In this document: piece after piece, positions 48,880 through 58,541 of the stretch
How the letters are laid out: every line of letters begins with the position of its first letter
Position numbering within the stretch: position 1 is the first letter of the stretch
DNA from: an uncultured Chthonomonadaceae bacterium
Lineage (GTDB): Bacteria; Armatimonadota; Chthonomonadetes; Chthonomonadales; Chthonomonadaceae
DNA: 64,000 bases
Assembly: GCA_963817895.1 (NCBI GenBank)
Contig: CAWFQB010000001.1
Span: 1,634,021-1,698,020 of the forward strand
Reading direction: 5' to 3'
Position numbers and translations under genes: made by a program
Notes under the pieces: generated by a model
What the model was told of the DNA's origin: nothing
The model's database searches: none
Seen by the model: only the letters and a program-made list of their open reading frames with translations

Positions 48880-49281
48880 TCAACGAATGAAGAAAATAGG
48901 GGCATACCCAAGCGGTACAAGAGCGTCGAACTCGCCGTGATCCGTTGTAACGACCGTACCTGTCAAGCCGCGGGCGAGTGTCAGGCAGAAGGCATCCGGT
49001 AAAGACATGGGATGCCTGCCTTTAAATAAGGCAGATTCTTTCCAAAACTCGTTGTCGTGGTCGTAGCAAGGAATTACGCCAGCGTCCATCAACGTTTTCA
49101 GCGCTGCCTCCGCTTGTGCTACGCCGCCACGACGAAAGTAAATGTAGTATATCTCCGTCAGGTTAAAGAAATGCGCGTAGCATTCGCCTAAATTGTCAGC
49201 CAAAATATCAGCAACGATAGTTGCGCCCTTCTCACTGCTCAAATACGCGACCATCGGACCGGCATCAAGAATATGAATCAT
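48880..49281 (-). CDS. PIN-domain (VapC-like) toxin
   Basis: HILDAG, NLTEIYY, MSLPDAFCL, VVTTDHGEFD. Confidence 0.85.
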   Translation of the reverse strand: MIHILDAGPMVAYLSSEKGATIVADILADNLGECYAHFFNLTEIYYIYFRRGGVAQAEAALKTLMDAGVIPCYDHDNEFWKESALFKGRHPMSLPDAFCLTLARGLTGTVVTTDHGEFDALVPLGYAPIFFIR

Positions 49282-49586
49282 GGCTGCAAATCCTCTATCT
49301 GTTGTTCTTCTTTGCGCTTATCTGCCTGCCGTTCGCGGTGCAATTCTTCGACCGCTGGGCCTAAATGCGCAAATTTGCCCATGCCTGCGCGGATGGCTTC
49401 GATACGCACGGTTTTCTGTGCGTCTAATGCTGTTGGAGGTTCAATAGTTCGCGGAATAGAAACGGCCTCATTGAGTGATGCTTCTTCCGCAGGAACAATC
49501 AGCAGAAGATTTTTATAGCGACGGAACTCTTCTGCGCGGCCTGCAAACTGCTCCCATGTGCCTTGAAAAATTTGCGGTTGTGCCAT
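49278..49586 (-). CDS. Putative antitoxin upstream of the PIN toxin
   Basis: GAAAGGA RBS, MAQPQIFQGTWEQ...; ATGA overlap with the PIN gene. Confidence 0.65.
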   Translation of the reverse strand: MAQPQIFQGTWEQFAGRAEEFRRYKNLLLIVPAEEASLNEAVSIPRTIEPPTALDAQKTVRIEAIRAGMGKFAHLGPAVEELHRERQADKRKEEQQIEDLQP

Positions 49587-50192
49587 GCTGTTCCTTTCTG
49601 AAACACACCTTCTGGATTTGAGTGTATATGCGCTTTTATTATAGCATGCTGTGCCATTGCGGATTAACCCCATATTGGCTAAAAGGCTGATCCTATCTGC
49701 ATCCATACTTACTGCTAACTTCGGAATAAAGTCGTTTCCCGATCATTTTATGCCTACACGTACAGAGAGCCGTGTAATGCTTGGTGCATGAATTTTCCTA
49801 GTTTTTTGGCGCATTGGCACTCGAATAAAAGTTTATTGCCTGCTTGCTTGTGAAAAGACGCGAAATGTGGTACAATAGAAATGAGGGTGTTTCTACTCTC
49901 ATTTGGTTCGCCTCATCCCCTGAGCCCCATATCTTCCAACCAATTAAACATCTATGACCGTATAAGTTAGTGTACAGGACAGTGTCTTGTCACATTTCTC
50001 CTATTTGTCGCCTCCTGTTTAACGTCAGACTTTTACCTGCGTTTTGCTTCACTGCTGCGCCTCTCTTGGATTTACTATGTCTTTTCCACGTGCCCCACCC
50101 ATATTGTGCCTCATCTATCCTCGTTTAACTTCGGCTGCCACGCAGTCACTCCCCTGCCATCTCTGGCAAACCTCTTTGAGAAATCTCCCACC

Positions 50193-50471
50193 ATGCAAAA
50201 GAATAAATTCGAACTGAATATGGACCCATTGCGCTGTGTGTGCGAGTTAGTTGATAAGGCCGCACACTACACCTTACCTGAATGGATGCGCGCCGCAGGA
50301 ATCATAATCGTCCTTGCTGGCGTTTATCGCTTCATCAACCTGCCTGCATCCCCGCCTCACTCACCTCAAGCGGTTTCCGCGCCTCATCAATCGAGCAGTA
50401 GATCAAAACCTGCTCATCTCCACCGAACAAGCCGTTCCAAGAAGAACTCGAAGCGTAAAGCAAAAGCCTAA
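50193..50471 (+). CDS. Small membrane protein with basic tail (hypothetical)
   Basis: One TM helix followed by a Lys/Arg-rich tail. Confidence 0.4.
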   Translation: MQKNKFELNMDPLRCVCELVDKAAHYTLPEWMRAAGIIIVLAGVYRFINLPASPPHSPQAVSAPHQSSSRSKPAHLHRTSRSKKNSKRKAKA

Positions 50472-50574
50472 CTCGCTGTCGCATCGGGCGTATAGTCTCA
50501 TTCGATTGTGCGCCCCGGTACATTATGCCCCTATAATTCGGATAATAGTTTAAGACGCTGGCTGTGTTACTAAC

Positions 50575-51018
50575 TCACCCCGGTGTCGTATATTCGTATT
50601 CGCCAATCGGAGTATCGGAAACGGGCTTGTCCCAATCCTGTATCATAGACTGCATCAGAATGTCAACCGGGATGCCCAGTTTTTGATACAGACTGCGAAT
50701 CATATCTATTGTGAGAGGTTCGCGCCGTTCCATGACAGCCTTGACATGGCTGCGTCCTCCGAGTAACTCATCTAAAACTTCCTCTTGTAAGCCCCGGCTG
50801 TCCAGATAATGCTCTACCGCGGCGATTGGGTCAGGCAAGCCGATAGGATAATGTATTTTCTCGTAGGCTTCCACGAGCGTGATTAAAATTTCGAGACGAT
50901 CTCCCTCTGGCGTATCAGGCTCAGATTCGAATAAGGCGTAAACTTCTGCCAGAGCTTGATCGTAATCCGCCTCGGTTTTAATTGGATTGATGTTCATACT
51001 TGAAATTTGCCTGTCCAT
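50575..51018 (-). CDS. higA: HigA-like HTH antitoxin / transcriptional regulator (orphan)
   Basis: PIKTEADYDQAL, DTPEGDRLEILITLVEAYE..HYPI..PDPI.A, LTIDMIR.L...LGIP.DIL. Confidence 0.85.
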   Translation of the reverse strand: MDRQISSMNINPIKTEADYDQALAEVYALFESEPDTPEGDRLEILITLVEAYEKIHYPIGLPDPIAAVEHYLDSRGLQEEVLDELLGGRSHVKAVMERREPLTIDMIRSLYQKLGIPVDILMQSMIQDWDKPVSDTPIGEYEYTTPG

Positions 51019-51107
51019 TGAGCCTGAATTGCTTTATTATGACATATTGACTGTGCCGAACGCCTTACGGTTCATGCGTCTTTCGAGTACCTTCAATTGG
51101 TATTTGC

Positions 51108-51286
51108 CCCGGCTTCCACATTGACAGTCAGGAAAACATCCTCAACAGCATCAACAAAATTCTGGCCGTGTTCGGGATCGTGTTAGGTTCCATTGCCGGA
51201 CTCGCGCTGCTTGTAGGCGGCATCGGCATTATGAACATCATGCTCGTATTGGTCACGGAACGAACCCGCGAAATCGGCATCCGCAA
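51108..51286 (+). pseudogene. Duplicated internal fragment of the ABC permease gene
   Basis: 11 mismatches in 179 bp vs 46184-46362 by manual alignment, 10 of them synonymous. Confidence 0.9.
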
Positions 51287-51385
51287 CTCCTTATCCAAAA
51301 AAGCCTGGGAGAAGGGGATTCGCGCATACACGAAGAATTAGCTATGGCACAAACCTGACAAGCGAATAAAGTTTTTGTAGCCACA

Positions 51386-51412
51386 TGTATTTTTCTCAAT
51401 TCGCGCGCCTCT
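51386..51412 (+). promoter_or_regulatory. TGTAT-N17-CCTCT motif (candidate ECF promoter) upstream of the zf-HC/CHAT operon
   Basis: The same bipartite motif recurs at 56785-56812 and 57759-57786. Confidence 0.5.
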
Positions 51413-51551
51413 GCTGTCTGTGCCGTAGAGCGCGGGGCGACTAATGGAACCGCCGCGCCCATAGCGCAATCCAAATTCGTCGCGTTGTGAAAGCGTTGCG
51501 CTGTGGAAACGTTGGCAGATTGTACCGCGAAAGAATTGCGCTGTAAAAAGG

Positions 51552-52202
51552 GTGAATATAGATGAGGGGAGCGAACCGGTGAAGCGTTGCGGAATAGCCT
51601 TTGAAACATTGGCGGATTATCACGAGGGGAAAGCGGATGCAAGCGTATCCGCGCGGATTCGTGAACACCTCGACCGGGATTGCCTCCATTGCCGGCAGAA
51701 CCTCGCCTGGCTGGAACGCGCAACGGGTACGCTGCGGGAAGCGCCGTTCGTACAGGTTCCCGAAGCCGCGCTGGAACGCGCCCGCGCTCTGTTCCGCGAA
51801 AGGTATCCCTCCCCTGCCACCCTTCCCAATCCCCTGTTTGCCTGGCTGGCGCAACTGCAATTCGACAGCCGCAGCAGCGCGCCGATGCTGGCCGGGGCGC
51901 GTGGCATGAAGCGCGAAGGCGTTCAGCTTGTATACAGCACCGAGGTTCACGACATTGATCTATTTCAGGAGTTGTCCGGGGAGGGAACCTGGTATCTAAT
52001 CGGGCAAGTGATGCCGCGAGATGGTGAAGCGACCATTGTGCCGCAAGAGGTTGTTCTGACAGAGCGCGGCGGCAATCGTCTCACGTTCGCGCCGGAAAGC
52101 GGGGAGTTCCATCTGCCTGCCATTCCCGAAGGCATTTACGACATCGCGCTGCGCCTTGCGGATGGCGAAATCACGCTTCCGGGCGTGGGAATCGGGCAAT
52201 GA
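51552..52202 (+). CDS. Soluble zinc-finger (zf-HC2-like) anti-sigma-like protein with C-terminal carboxypeptidase-regulatory-like beta domain
   Basis: C......LADY.EG......IREHLDRDCLHCR; FDSR....LAGARG; GEFHLPAIPEGIYDI; no TM segment. Confidence 0.7.
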   Translation: MNIDEGSEPVKRCGIAFETLADYHEGKADASVSARIREHLDRDCLHCRQNLAWLERATGTLREAPFVQVPEAALERARALFRERYPSPATLPNPLFAWLAQLQFDSRSSAPMLAGARGMKREGVQLVYSTEVHDIDLFQELSGEGTWYLIGQVMPRDGEATIVPQEVVLTERGGNRLTFAPESGEFHLPAIPEGIYDIALRLADGEITLPGVGIGQ

Positions 52203-55165
52203 GCAGCGACACCTCCCCGGAAATTTTAGAAGCATTGGAAATCCTGTGCCAACGCCTTTTCGCCCCGACCGAAACGCCGAAAGCGGAAACGGCGGAACGC
52301 GAGGCATTGCTGCGGGAAGCCGCCGGACAGCCCGAATGCCTGCCCTATCTGCTCGAATCCGCGCGCAGTCGTATGGGCGAGGATACGAGCGACGCCATTC
52401 AACGGGCGCGTCTTGCTACTGTTCTCGCGGAACGGAACGGGGATGGAAACGGCGGCGCGCAGGCGTGGCGGCTTATCGGGCAGGGCTTGCGCGTTCAGGG
52501 AAATCATGCGGCGGCCTGCATCGCTCTGGAAACGGCGGCGGCCTGCGCCATGCAGTCGGGAAACGCGCGCCTGGCCGCGCAGTCGCAGATCGGGCGCATT
52601 GATTCGCTGAACTGGCTTGGACGCTATGACGACGCGGTTGCGCTGGCGCGTCGCCTTGAAACCGAACTGCGGGCGCATGGCGAAGATACGGATGCCGCCA
52701 AAGTGCTGGTTAATCTGGGCGCGCTGCACTATCGCCGCGATCAATATCCTGCCGCCCTGTCCTGCTACGAACGCGCCCTGCAAACGCTGGAACCAGGCGG
52801 GGAAGCCCTTGCCTGCGCGACGGTGCAGACCAATATTGCCGCTGTCCTGATGGAACTGCATCGCGTGGATGAGGCCATTACGCTTTTCGAGCAGGCCCGC
52901 GCGACATTTGCCGACAATGCGCTTTTTACGCCCGCCGCCAAAATAGATGCCAATGTCGGGTTCCTGCACTATCTTTCGGGGCGGTACGCGCAGGCTGTAT
53001 CCGCGCTACAGCGGGCGCGCGAGGAGTTTGCCGGCAGGGGGCAGATGCTGGAAGCGGCCAAATGCGACGCGGATGTGGCTGAAGCGTACCGGGAACTGAA
53101 TCTCTATCCCGAAGCGCGGGAAGCCTGCGAGCGCGCGTCCCGCGAACTGGAAGCGGCAGGCGTCCCCTACGAACGCGCCCGCGTCGCGTTGGTGCTGGCG
53201 TCGGTTTGCATGGCGGAGGGGCAGAACGAAACCGCGCTGGCAAGCCTGGAACAGGCGGAACGCCTCTTCGCCGCGCATCGCAATTCTACGCAGGGAGCGC
53301 TTGTCCGCCTGCTCCGCGCGCGTTTGCTGCGGCAGGACGGGCGCAGGGACGAGGCCAAACGGGAGGCGAGTCGCGCGGCTCGAACCCTGACGCGGGCCGG
53401 ACGGCGAGGATGGGCGGCGGAAGCCCGCCTGTTGCTGGCGGAAATGGCGCATGAGGACGGACAAAACGCGGCGCGTCTCCTTCATGCCGTTCGCAATACC
53501 GCGCGGGCAACCAGACGCGGCTGGCTGGAATCGCAGGCGGAACGGGCGCTCGGACGACACTATTTGAGCAAAGGCCAGTCGGCGCGCGGCCTGCGGCATT
53601 TGCGCGACAGCGTTCAGGCATTGGAGCAGGCGCGAACGCTGATCGCCCCGGAAGAGTTGCATGTCTCGTTTTTGCGCGACAAATTGCCGATATATGAGGA
53701 AACCGTAAGCGCGCTTGTGGCGCGGGGGCGCAGGCAGGACATTTCGGACGCGCTGGAATATGTGGAACGCGCCAAATCCCGCCTGTTGCTGGAGCGGGTA
53801 CAGGCCGCGCTGGAGAGCCGCGCGCCTGCCGACAATATCCTCCCCTCTCCGTCCCGCGAACGCCTGGCAACCCTGCGCGCCGAACTGAGCCGGAGTTACC
53901 AGAAGCTGAATGTGGTTGACGAGAGCGAAGCGCGGCGCATCGGCGCCGCGGGAACGGAAGCAACTTCCGCCCTCAACGCGCTGGAACACGAGTACGCGGA
54001 CGCCCTGCGCCGGGAGGAACTGACGGCTCACAACGCTTCCGGCCTGTTTGCCCTTCCCGATGTGGTTCCCACAAACGATCTGGCGGATTGCCTGCAAAGC
54101 AATGAAGCGCTGCTGGTTTACTATATGGTTGACGGCGCGATTTGCGCCTGGGTTGTGACACGGCGGGGAGTGCATTTTCGCGGGAATATCGCCGGCGTGG
54201 AAGATGTAAACCATGCGGCCCGACGCCTGCGCTATCAATTGCAGCGCGTCGGGTGGGCCAGCGAACTTTCGGAGCGTCACGCCCTCCGGTTTCAGGCCGA
54301 TGCGCAGGGCGTCCTTGCGCGGCTGTACGACCTGTTGCTGCGCCCGGTTGCCGACCTGCTTGCCTCCGAATGTCTTGTCGTGGTTCCCCATGCCGCCCTG
54401 CACGGCCTGCCGTTCCATGCGTTTTTTGACGGCGAACATCACGCGCTGGATCAGTGGGAGATCAGTTACGCGCCCAGCGCGGCCCTGTGGCATCGGGGCG
54501 CGCAGAATCAGGATTCGGATAATGCAAAGGGAGTGTGTTATAATGAGTTGGAAGCTCTTCTTGTCAGCGTACCCTCCCCCGGCATTGAACAGGTGACACA
54601 GGAAGTCACTCGATTAGCGCAGTTATTGCCCCACGCCTGCGTTCTGCATGGCGGCGCGGCCACCCTCGAAGCGGTGCAGGCGCGCGCCCCACATTGCCGC
54701 CTGCTGCATCTGGCGACCCATGCTCTGTACCGCGCCGACAACCCCCTGTTTTCCGGCCTGCAACTGGCGGATGGCTGGCTGCTCGCCCGCGACCTGTACG
54801 CGACGCGGCTGAATTGTGACCTGGCAACCCTTTCCGCCTGCCAGACCGGAGTGACACAGGTAGCATCCGGCGACGAGTTGTTCGGATTGGTACGCGGCTT
54901 TCTGGCGGCGGGCGTCCGAACCGTAGCCGCCAGTCTGTGGCCCGCCGACGATCAGGCGACAGCAGCGTTGATGCAGGAGTTTTATGATCGTCTTTTGCAG
55001 GGGCAATCGAAAGCCGCCGCCCTGCGGGGCGCGCAGCAGGCTATACAAACCCAATTTCCGCATCCCTATCACTGGGCTGCCTTCGCGCTCATCGGCGAAC
55101 GCGGCAGCGATGGCTTAGAACCGATCCCAACAGGCCGGGTACAGAGAACGTACCCGTCTGCGTAG
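52199..55165 (+). CDS. TPR-CHAT (caspase-like) protease
   Basis: Extensive N-terminal TPRs; VVPHAALHGLPFHA, LLHLATHA (His), TLSACQTG (Cys), ASLW.ADD, HPYHWAAF; ATGA overlap with the upstream gene. Confidence 0.93.
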   Translation: MSSDTSPEILEALEILCQRLFAPTETPKAETAEREALLREAAGQPECLPYLLESARSRMGEDTSDAIQRARLATVLAERNGDGNGGAQAWRLIGQGLRVQGNHAAACIALETAAACAMQSGNARLAAQSQIGRIDSLNWLGRYDDAVALARRLETELRAHGEDTDAAKVLVNLGALHYRRDQYPAALSCYERALQTLEPGGEALACATVQTNIAAVLMELHRVDEAITLFEQARATFADNALFTPAAKIDANVGFLHYLSGRYAQAVSALQRAREEFAGRGQMLEAAKCDADVAEAYRELNLYPEAREACERASRELEAAGVPYERARVALVLASVCMAEGQNETALASLEQAERLFAAHRNSTQGALVRLLRARLLRQDGRRDEAKREASRAARTLTRAGRRGWAAEARLLLAEMAHEDGQNAARLLHAVRNTARATRRGWLESQAERALGRHYLSKGQSARGLRHLRDSVQALEQARTLIAPEELHVSFLRDKLPIYEETVSALVARGRRQDISDALEYVERAKSRLLLERVQAALESRAPADNILPSPSRERLATLRAELSRSYQKLNVVDESEARRIGAAGTEATSALNALEHEYADALRREELTAHNASGLFALPDVVPTNDLADCLQSNEALLVYYMVDGAICAWVVTRRGVHFRGNIAGVEDVNHAARRLRYQLQRVGWASELSERHALRFQADAQGVLARLYDLLLRPVADLLASECLVVVPHAALHGLPFHAFFDGEHHALDQWEISYAPSAALWHRGAQNQDSDNAKGVCYNELEALLVSVPSPGIEQVTQEVTRLAQLLPHACVLHGGAATLEAVQARAPHCRLLHLATHALYRADNPLFSGLQLADGWLLARDLYATRLNCDLATLSACQTGVTQVASGDELFGLVRGFLAAGVRTVAASLWPADDQATAALMQEFYDRLLQGQSKAAALRGAQQAIQTQFPHPYHWAAFALIGERGSDGLEPIPTGRVQRTYPSA

Positions 55166-55239
55166 CCTACGGCTAAACGTCCTTCGGACGTAAATGCTTT
55201 TCCCTATTGGGATAGGCTCTTCGTTAAGGAACAACACCA

Positions 55240-56481
55240 ATGACTCGCACACTTCGACAGACCAAAAAGGCGCGTTTTCAAATACTTCCGGCTGTGGCCC
55301 TGACTCTGCTTACAATGTTCGGGACACGCGCCCATGCGGACAACATTGTCACCGGACATGTGCTGGTACGAGTGGCGACCGGCGTAGACATTCGCGTTCT
55401 CGCCGCGAGCTACAACACGACTGCGCAGGATCAGGTTCCCGGAACCGACCTGTACAGCGTGGCAACGCCGCGCAACACGAGTGAAGCGCAATTTGCCGCC
55501 ACCCTGAGCAAAGACAAGCGCGTTCTGTACGCCGAGCCGGATCAGTTGATTGTTTCCCCGGAAGTGGGCGGCAGCCCGTTTCATCTGGCTTTCGACTTTA
55601 CGCCACAGCCGAAAACATACGTCAACTCCGCAAGCTACACGCAGGTAAATCTTGGGCAGGCAGATTTCTTAAAGCAAATCAATGGAAAAAGTCCGCTGGC
55701 AACCGGCTATGGCGTCGTCATAGCGGTTCTAGATACGGGCGCGACGTACACGCACCCGGATTTGCAGGGCCACTACCTGCCCGGATACAACGCGCTTGCG
55801 CCCAATACCCTTCCCTGGGACATCGCCGATGGCGCGACCAATGCCGAAGTGGGGCATGGCACAATGGTCGCGGGCCTGATTGCCCGACTTGCGCCGCAGG
55901 CCGCTATTCTGCCCATCCGCGTTCTCAACGGCGATGGAACCGGAACCCTGCTCAACCTCGTGAAAGGCATCCACTACGCGAACACGCATGGGGCGCGAAT
56001 AATTAACATGAGTTTTGGCTGCTCGGTGAAATCCGGTTCGCTCAACGACGCGCTCGACGAATCGGAAGCCGCCGGAATCGTGCTGGTCGCGGCTGCGGGC
56101 AATAACAATCTCAATCAAGTCATCGCGCCCACAGTCAGCCGGGGGACCATTGCCGTCGCCGCGCTGGAAGCGGACAACACGAAAAGCCCCTATTCCAATT
56201 ACGGTTCTTTCGTGCGCGTGTCCGCGCCGGGAAGCAACATTCGCAGCGCGTATGTGGATGGCGGGTACGCGACATGGTCGGGAACCTCGTTCGCCGCGCC
56301 GTTCATCGCCGCCGAAGCCGCGCTGATTCTTTCCGTTTCCCCGTCGCTTAACGCGGGTCAGGTGCAGGATTACATCCGTGCAACCGCCCGTTCGGTTGAT
56401 AACCAGAATAAGCCCTACAAAGGCCAGCTTGGCAAGGGCATCATTGACATCGAAGCGGCTGTCAAAGCGGCGCGGCCCTGA
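55240..56481 (+). CDS. Secreted S8 subtilisin-like serine protease
   Basis: Signal peptide (AHA-D), prodomain, triad VLDTG / GHGTMVAG / SGTSFAAP, AAGN oxyanion motif. Confidence 0.93.
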   Translation: MTRTLRQTKKARFQILPAVALTLLTMFGTRAHADNIVTGHVLVRVATGVDIRVLAASYNTTAQDQVPGTDLYSVATPRNTSEAQFAATLSKDKRVLYAEPDQLIVSPEVGGSPFHLAFDFTPQPKTYVNSASYTQVNLGQADFLKQINGKSPLATGYGVVIAVLDTGATYTHPDLQGHYLPGYNALAPNTLPWDIADGATNAEVGHGTMVAGLIARLAPQAAILPIRVLNGDGTGTLLNLVKGIHYANTHGARIINMSFGCSVKSGSLNDALDESEAAGIVLVAAAGNNNLNQVIAPTVSRGTIAVAALEADNTKSPYSNYGSFVRVSAPGSNIRSAYVDGGYATWSGTSFAAPFIAAEAALILSVSPSLNAGQVQDYIRATARSVDNQNKPYKGQLGKGIIDIEAAVKAARP

Positions 56482-56520
56482 AATAAAGGTTTGCCTTTTC
56501 ACTACCGGACACATTCTTGC

Positions 56521-56651
56521 CAGGGGTTGAAAACCCCTGTCTGTATGGCCTGCGGCCAAGCGTCTTTCGGACGCAATCCTTTGTTTACAGTCTCTCGCGT
56601 CCGAAGGACGCTTGGCAGAACGCCACTCAGACGGGTATTTTCAATACCCGG
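56521..56651. repeat. REP-like composite palindrome; related copy at 55135-55191
   Basis: caggggttgaaaacccctg; ccaagcgtctttcggacgc / gcgtccgaaggacgcttgg; gtctg....gcct.cggc.aa.cgtc.ttcggacg shared with 55156-55190. Confidence 0.6.
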
Positions 56652-56698
56652 AAAAAGTGTCCCGTAGTGAAAAGGTTTGCCGTTAATTTGCGTTGCTC

Positions 56699-56733
56699 AA
56701 AAGGCCGGACTGGTCAACCAGTCCGGCTTTTTT
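56699..56733. terminator. Intrinsic terminator
   Basis: aaaaggccggactgg-tcaa-ccagtccggcttttttt. Confidence 0.75.
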
Positions 56734-56898
56734 GTCAGTATACAAAGAAGTATTCAAAAAAAGCGCTAAAATTATCCCCCCTGATGTATCAAACCCCGAT
56801 TGGCGTTCCTCTCCTTTCACGAACAGGCCGCAGAGCAAAACTTCATGCTTCTGCAAGCCGCAAACCATTCTGTTCGCTTTTAAGGAGATTGATTTCCG

Positions 56899-57711
56899 AT
56901 GAAATTCACGCGCGCGCTTTCCGCTCTGGCAGCCTCCGTATTCGCCCTGACCGCGTTCAACGCCACCCCTGCCCATGCCGATGTCACCGACCGGCTGTAT
57001 GACTTTACCGACGCCTGCTACGCGCAGAACGGCCTCAATCCCGCCAAACTGGGGGGACGCAAGCAGGCTCCTTCCGCAAACGCTGTTGTGGACACGCCGT
57101 TCTTCGCCTATCAGCGCTATGCGCGCGTAATCGGCACGAGCGGAACGTATACCGCCAATGGCTCCATCGCCTACTTCGCGGTCATGGCGGGATTTGGGCC
57201 GGATGGCTTCACCAACGACGCGGCGGGACAACGCGCCCACCAGATCGCCGACACCTACGCCGAATACATCTTCCCCAAACTGGGAACCGATCCTATTGCC
57301 CTTACCGGTCAGCGGCAGGCGACAATCCATGATACCGATCACGGCTACTTCAGCAACGACCCGCTCGGCATGTGGCTGCATGTGTGGGTGAACTATACCA
57401 GTCAGGCGTTCAACACGAAAGACGGCCAGAAAGCGCTTGCCGATTTGCAGAAGAAGAACGGCCTTGCGCTGGACGGCACGCCGATTATCAAGACCACGAG
57501 CGACATTTCCAATCTATACAGCAAAGGGTTCGTGACGCTTTCCACGCGCAACGATGGCCTGCGCTATGCCGTATGCCCGGAAATCCGCGACCCGCGTAAT
57601 GGCGGCATCGCGCCCGACGCGTTCCTGAACACCATCCGCAAGCCCGACGGTTCGCCGCTCGACCCGGCCTTCGTCGCCAACTTCCTGAGCCTCCAATCAA
57701 CGGGCAACTAG
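56899..57711 (+). CDS. Secreted hypothetical protein
   Basis: AAGGAG RBS; signal peptide ending AHA-D; preceded by the TGTAT-N18-CCTCT motif. Confidence 0.8.
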   Translation: MKFTRALSALAASVFALTAFNATPAHADVTDRLYDFTDACYAQNGLNPAKLGGRKQAPSANAVVDTPFFAYQRYARVIGTSGTYTANGSIAYFAVMAGFGPDGFTNDAAGQRAHQIADTYAEYIFPKLGTDPIALTGQRQATIHDTDHGYFSNDPLGMWLHVWVNYTSQAFNTKDGQKALADLQKKNGLALDGTPIIKTTSDISNLYSKGFVTLSTRNDGLRYAVCPEIRDPRNGGIAPDAFLNTIRKPDGSPLDPAFVANFLSLQSTGN

Positions 57712-57896
57712 GCGCGTTAGAAGGCCAGTAAAGTTCCCTGCAAATTTAGCGAACGCCATGTATTTAAGGGCGGCTTGCCCTCCTCTATACAAACGAGCGT
57801 TCATTTTCGGAATGACGCATCACAAACATAAGAATCAGGCGGCACAGCCTGTTTGGTCAAGGAGAATTGCAATGAATTCGAGCTGCAAAGTTTGGA

Positions 57897-58430
57897 ATGA
57901 AACGGTTTGCGACTGCCCTCGCGTTGGGCTTGCTGGTTGGCGTGGGGGCGTGTGGAATGGGCGGCGTGGCGCTGGCAAGCGGGGGCAGCGGTGGCGGAAG
58001 CGCCGGGGGAACCGACCCGTCCGCCACCGGAACGGTCATCAATCTCAGCAACTTCAAGCAGAAGTTCAACAATGACAGCGCTAAGGGTAAGGTCACGCTG
58101 GGATACGCTGCGGATGGCTCGGCGCAGAGCATGGACTTCAGCCTCAGTTCCATCAATGTTCCCGACGGCACGGTTCTTCCCGTGCAGGTGATAACAGGCG
58201 TGTACCGCACCGTGTTCAGCTACTACTCCTACCAGGTGGTGGACTACACGACCTGGCCGGGAACCCTGGTTGTGAAAAACAAATCGGTGACGCTGACGCT
58301 CAACAAACTCAACGGCGATACCGTTCCCGAATTTCCGCAGGCAACGGTGGGTTCGACAGAAATCCGCATCTTTTCCCCGGACGGCGCGACCGAAATTCTG
58401 GACGGTCTGGGCGGTAAACTTCGGCCCTGA
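57897..58430 (+). CDS. Secreted hypothetical protein with Gly/Ser linker
   Basis: Signal peptide ending ALA-S; preceded by the TGTAT-N18-CCTCT motif. Confidence 0.75.
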   Translation: MKRFATALALGLLVGVGACGMGGVALASGGSGGGSAGGTDPSATGTVINLSNFKQKFNNDSAKGKVTLGYAADGSAQSMDFSLSSINVPDGTVLPVQVITGVYRTVFSYYSYQVVDYTTWPGTLVVKNKSVTLTLNKLNGDTVPEFPQATVGSTEIRIFSPDGATEILDGLGGKLRP

Positions 58431-58469
58431 TCAAGCAATCTGAGGGCAGTCCGCCTGCCGTTACGATTG

Positions 58470-58509
58470 AAGACACGCCTGACGCTTGCAAGCGTCAGGC
58501 GTGTCTTCT
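58470..58509. terminator. Bidirectional terminator
   Basis: gaagacacgcctgacgctt-gc-aagcgtcaggcgtgtcttc. Confidence 0.75.
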
Positions 58510-58541
58510 TGCATTGAGCCATCAAGTGCCGCTTACCGCCA

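Larger units (their letters stand above)
46363..51286. mobile_element. ~4.9-kb accessory island bounded by a 179-bp direct repeat of permease sequence
   Basis: 46184-46362 is repeated at 51108-51286; the interior is visibly AT-richer and carries TA genes; no integrase inside. Confidence 0.6.

Noticed and set aside
46184..51286. 179-bp repeat pair as a DGR template/variable repeat
   Set aside because: Differences are third-position synonymous changes, not adenine-specific, and no reverse transcriptase is present.
52199..55165. CRISPR type III-E Craspase locus
   Set aside because: No Cas7-11/gRAMP gene or array in the window; only the TPR-CHAT/anti-sigma logic is analogous.
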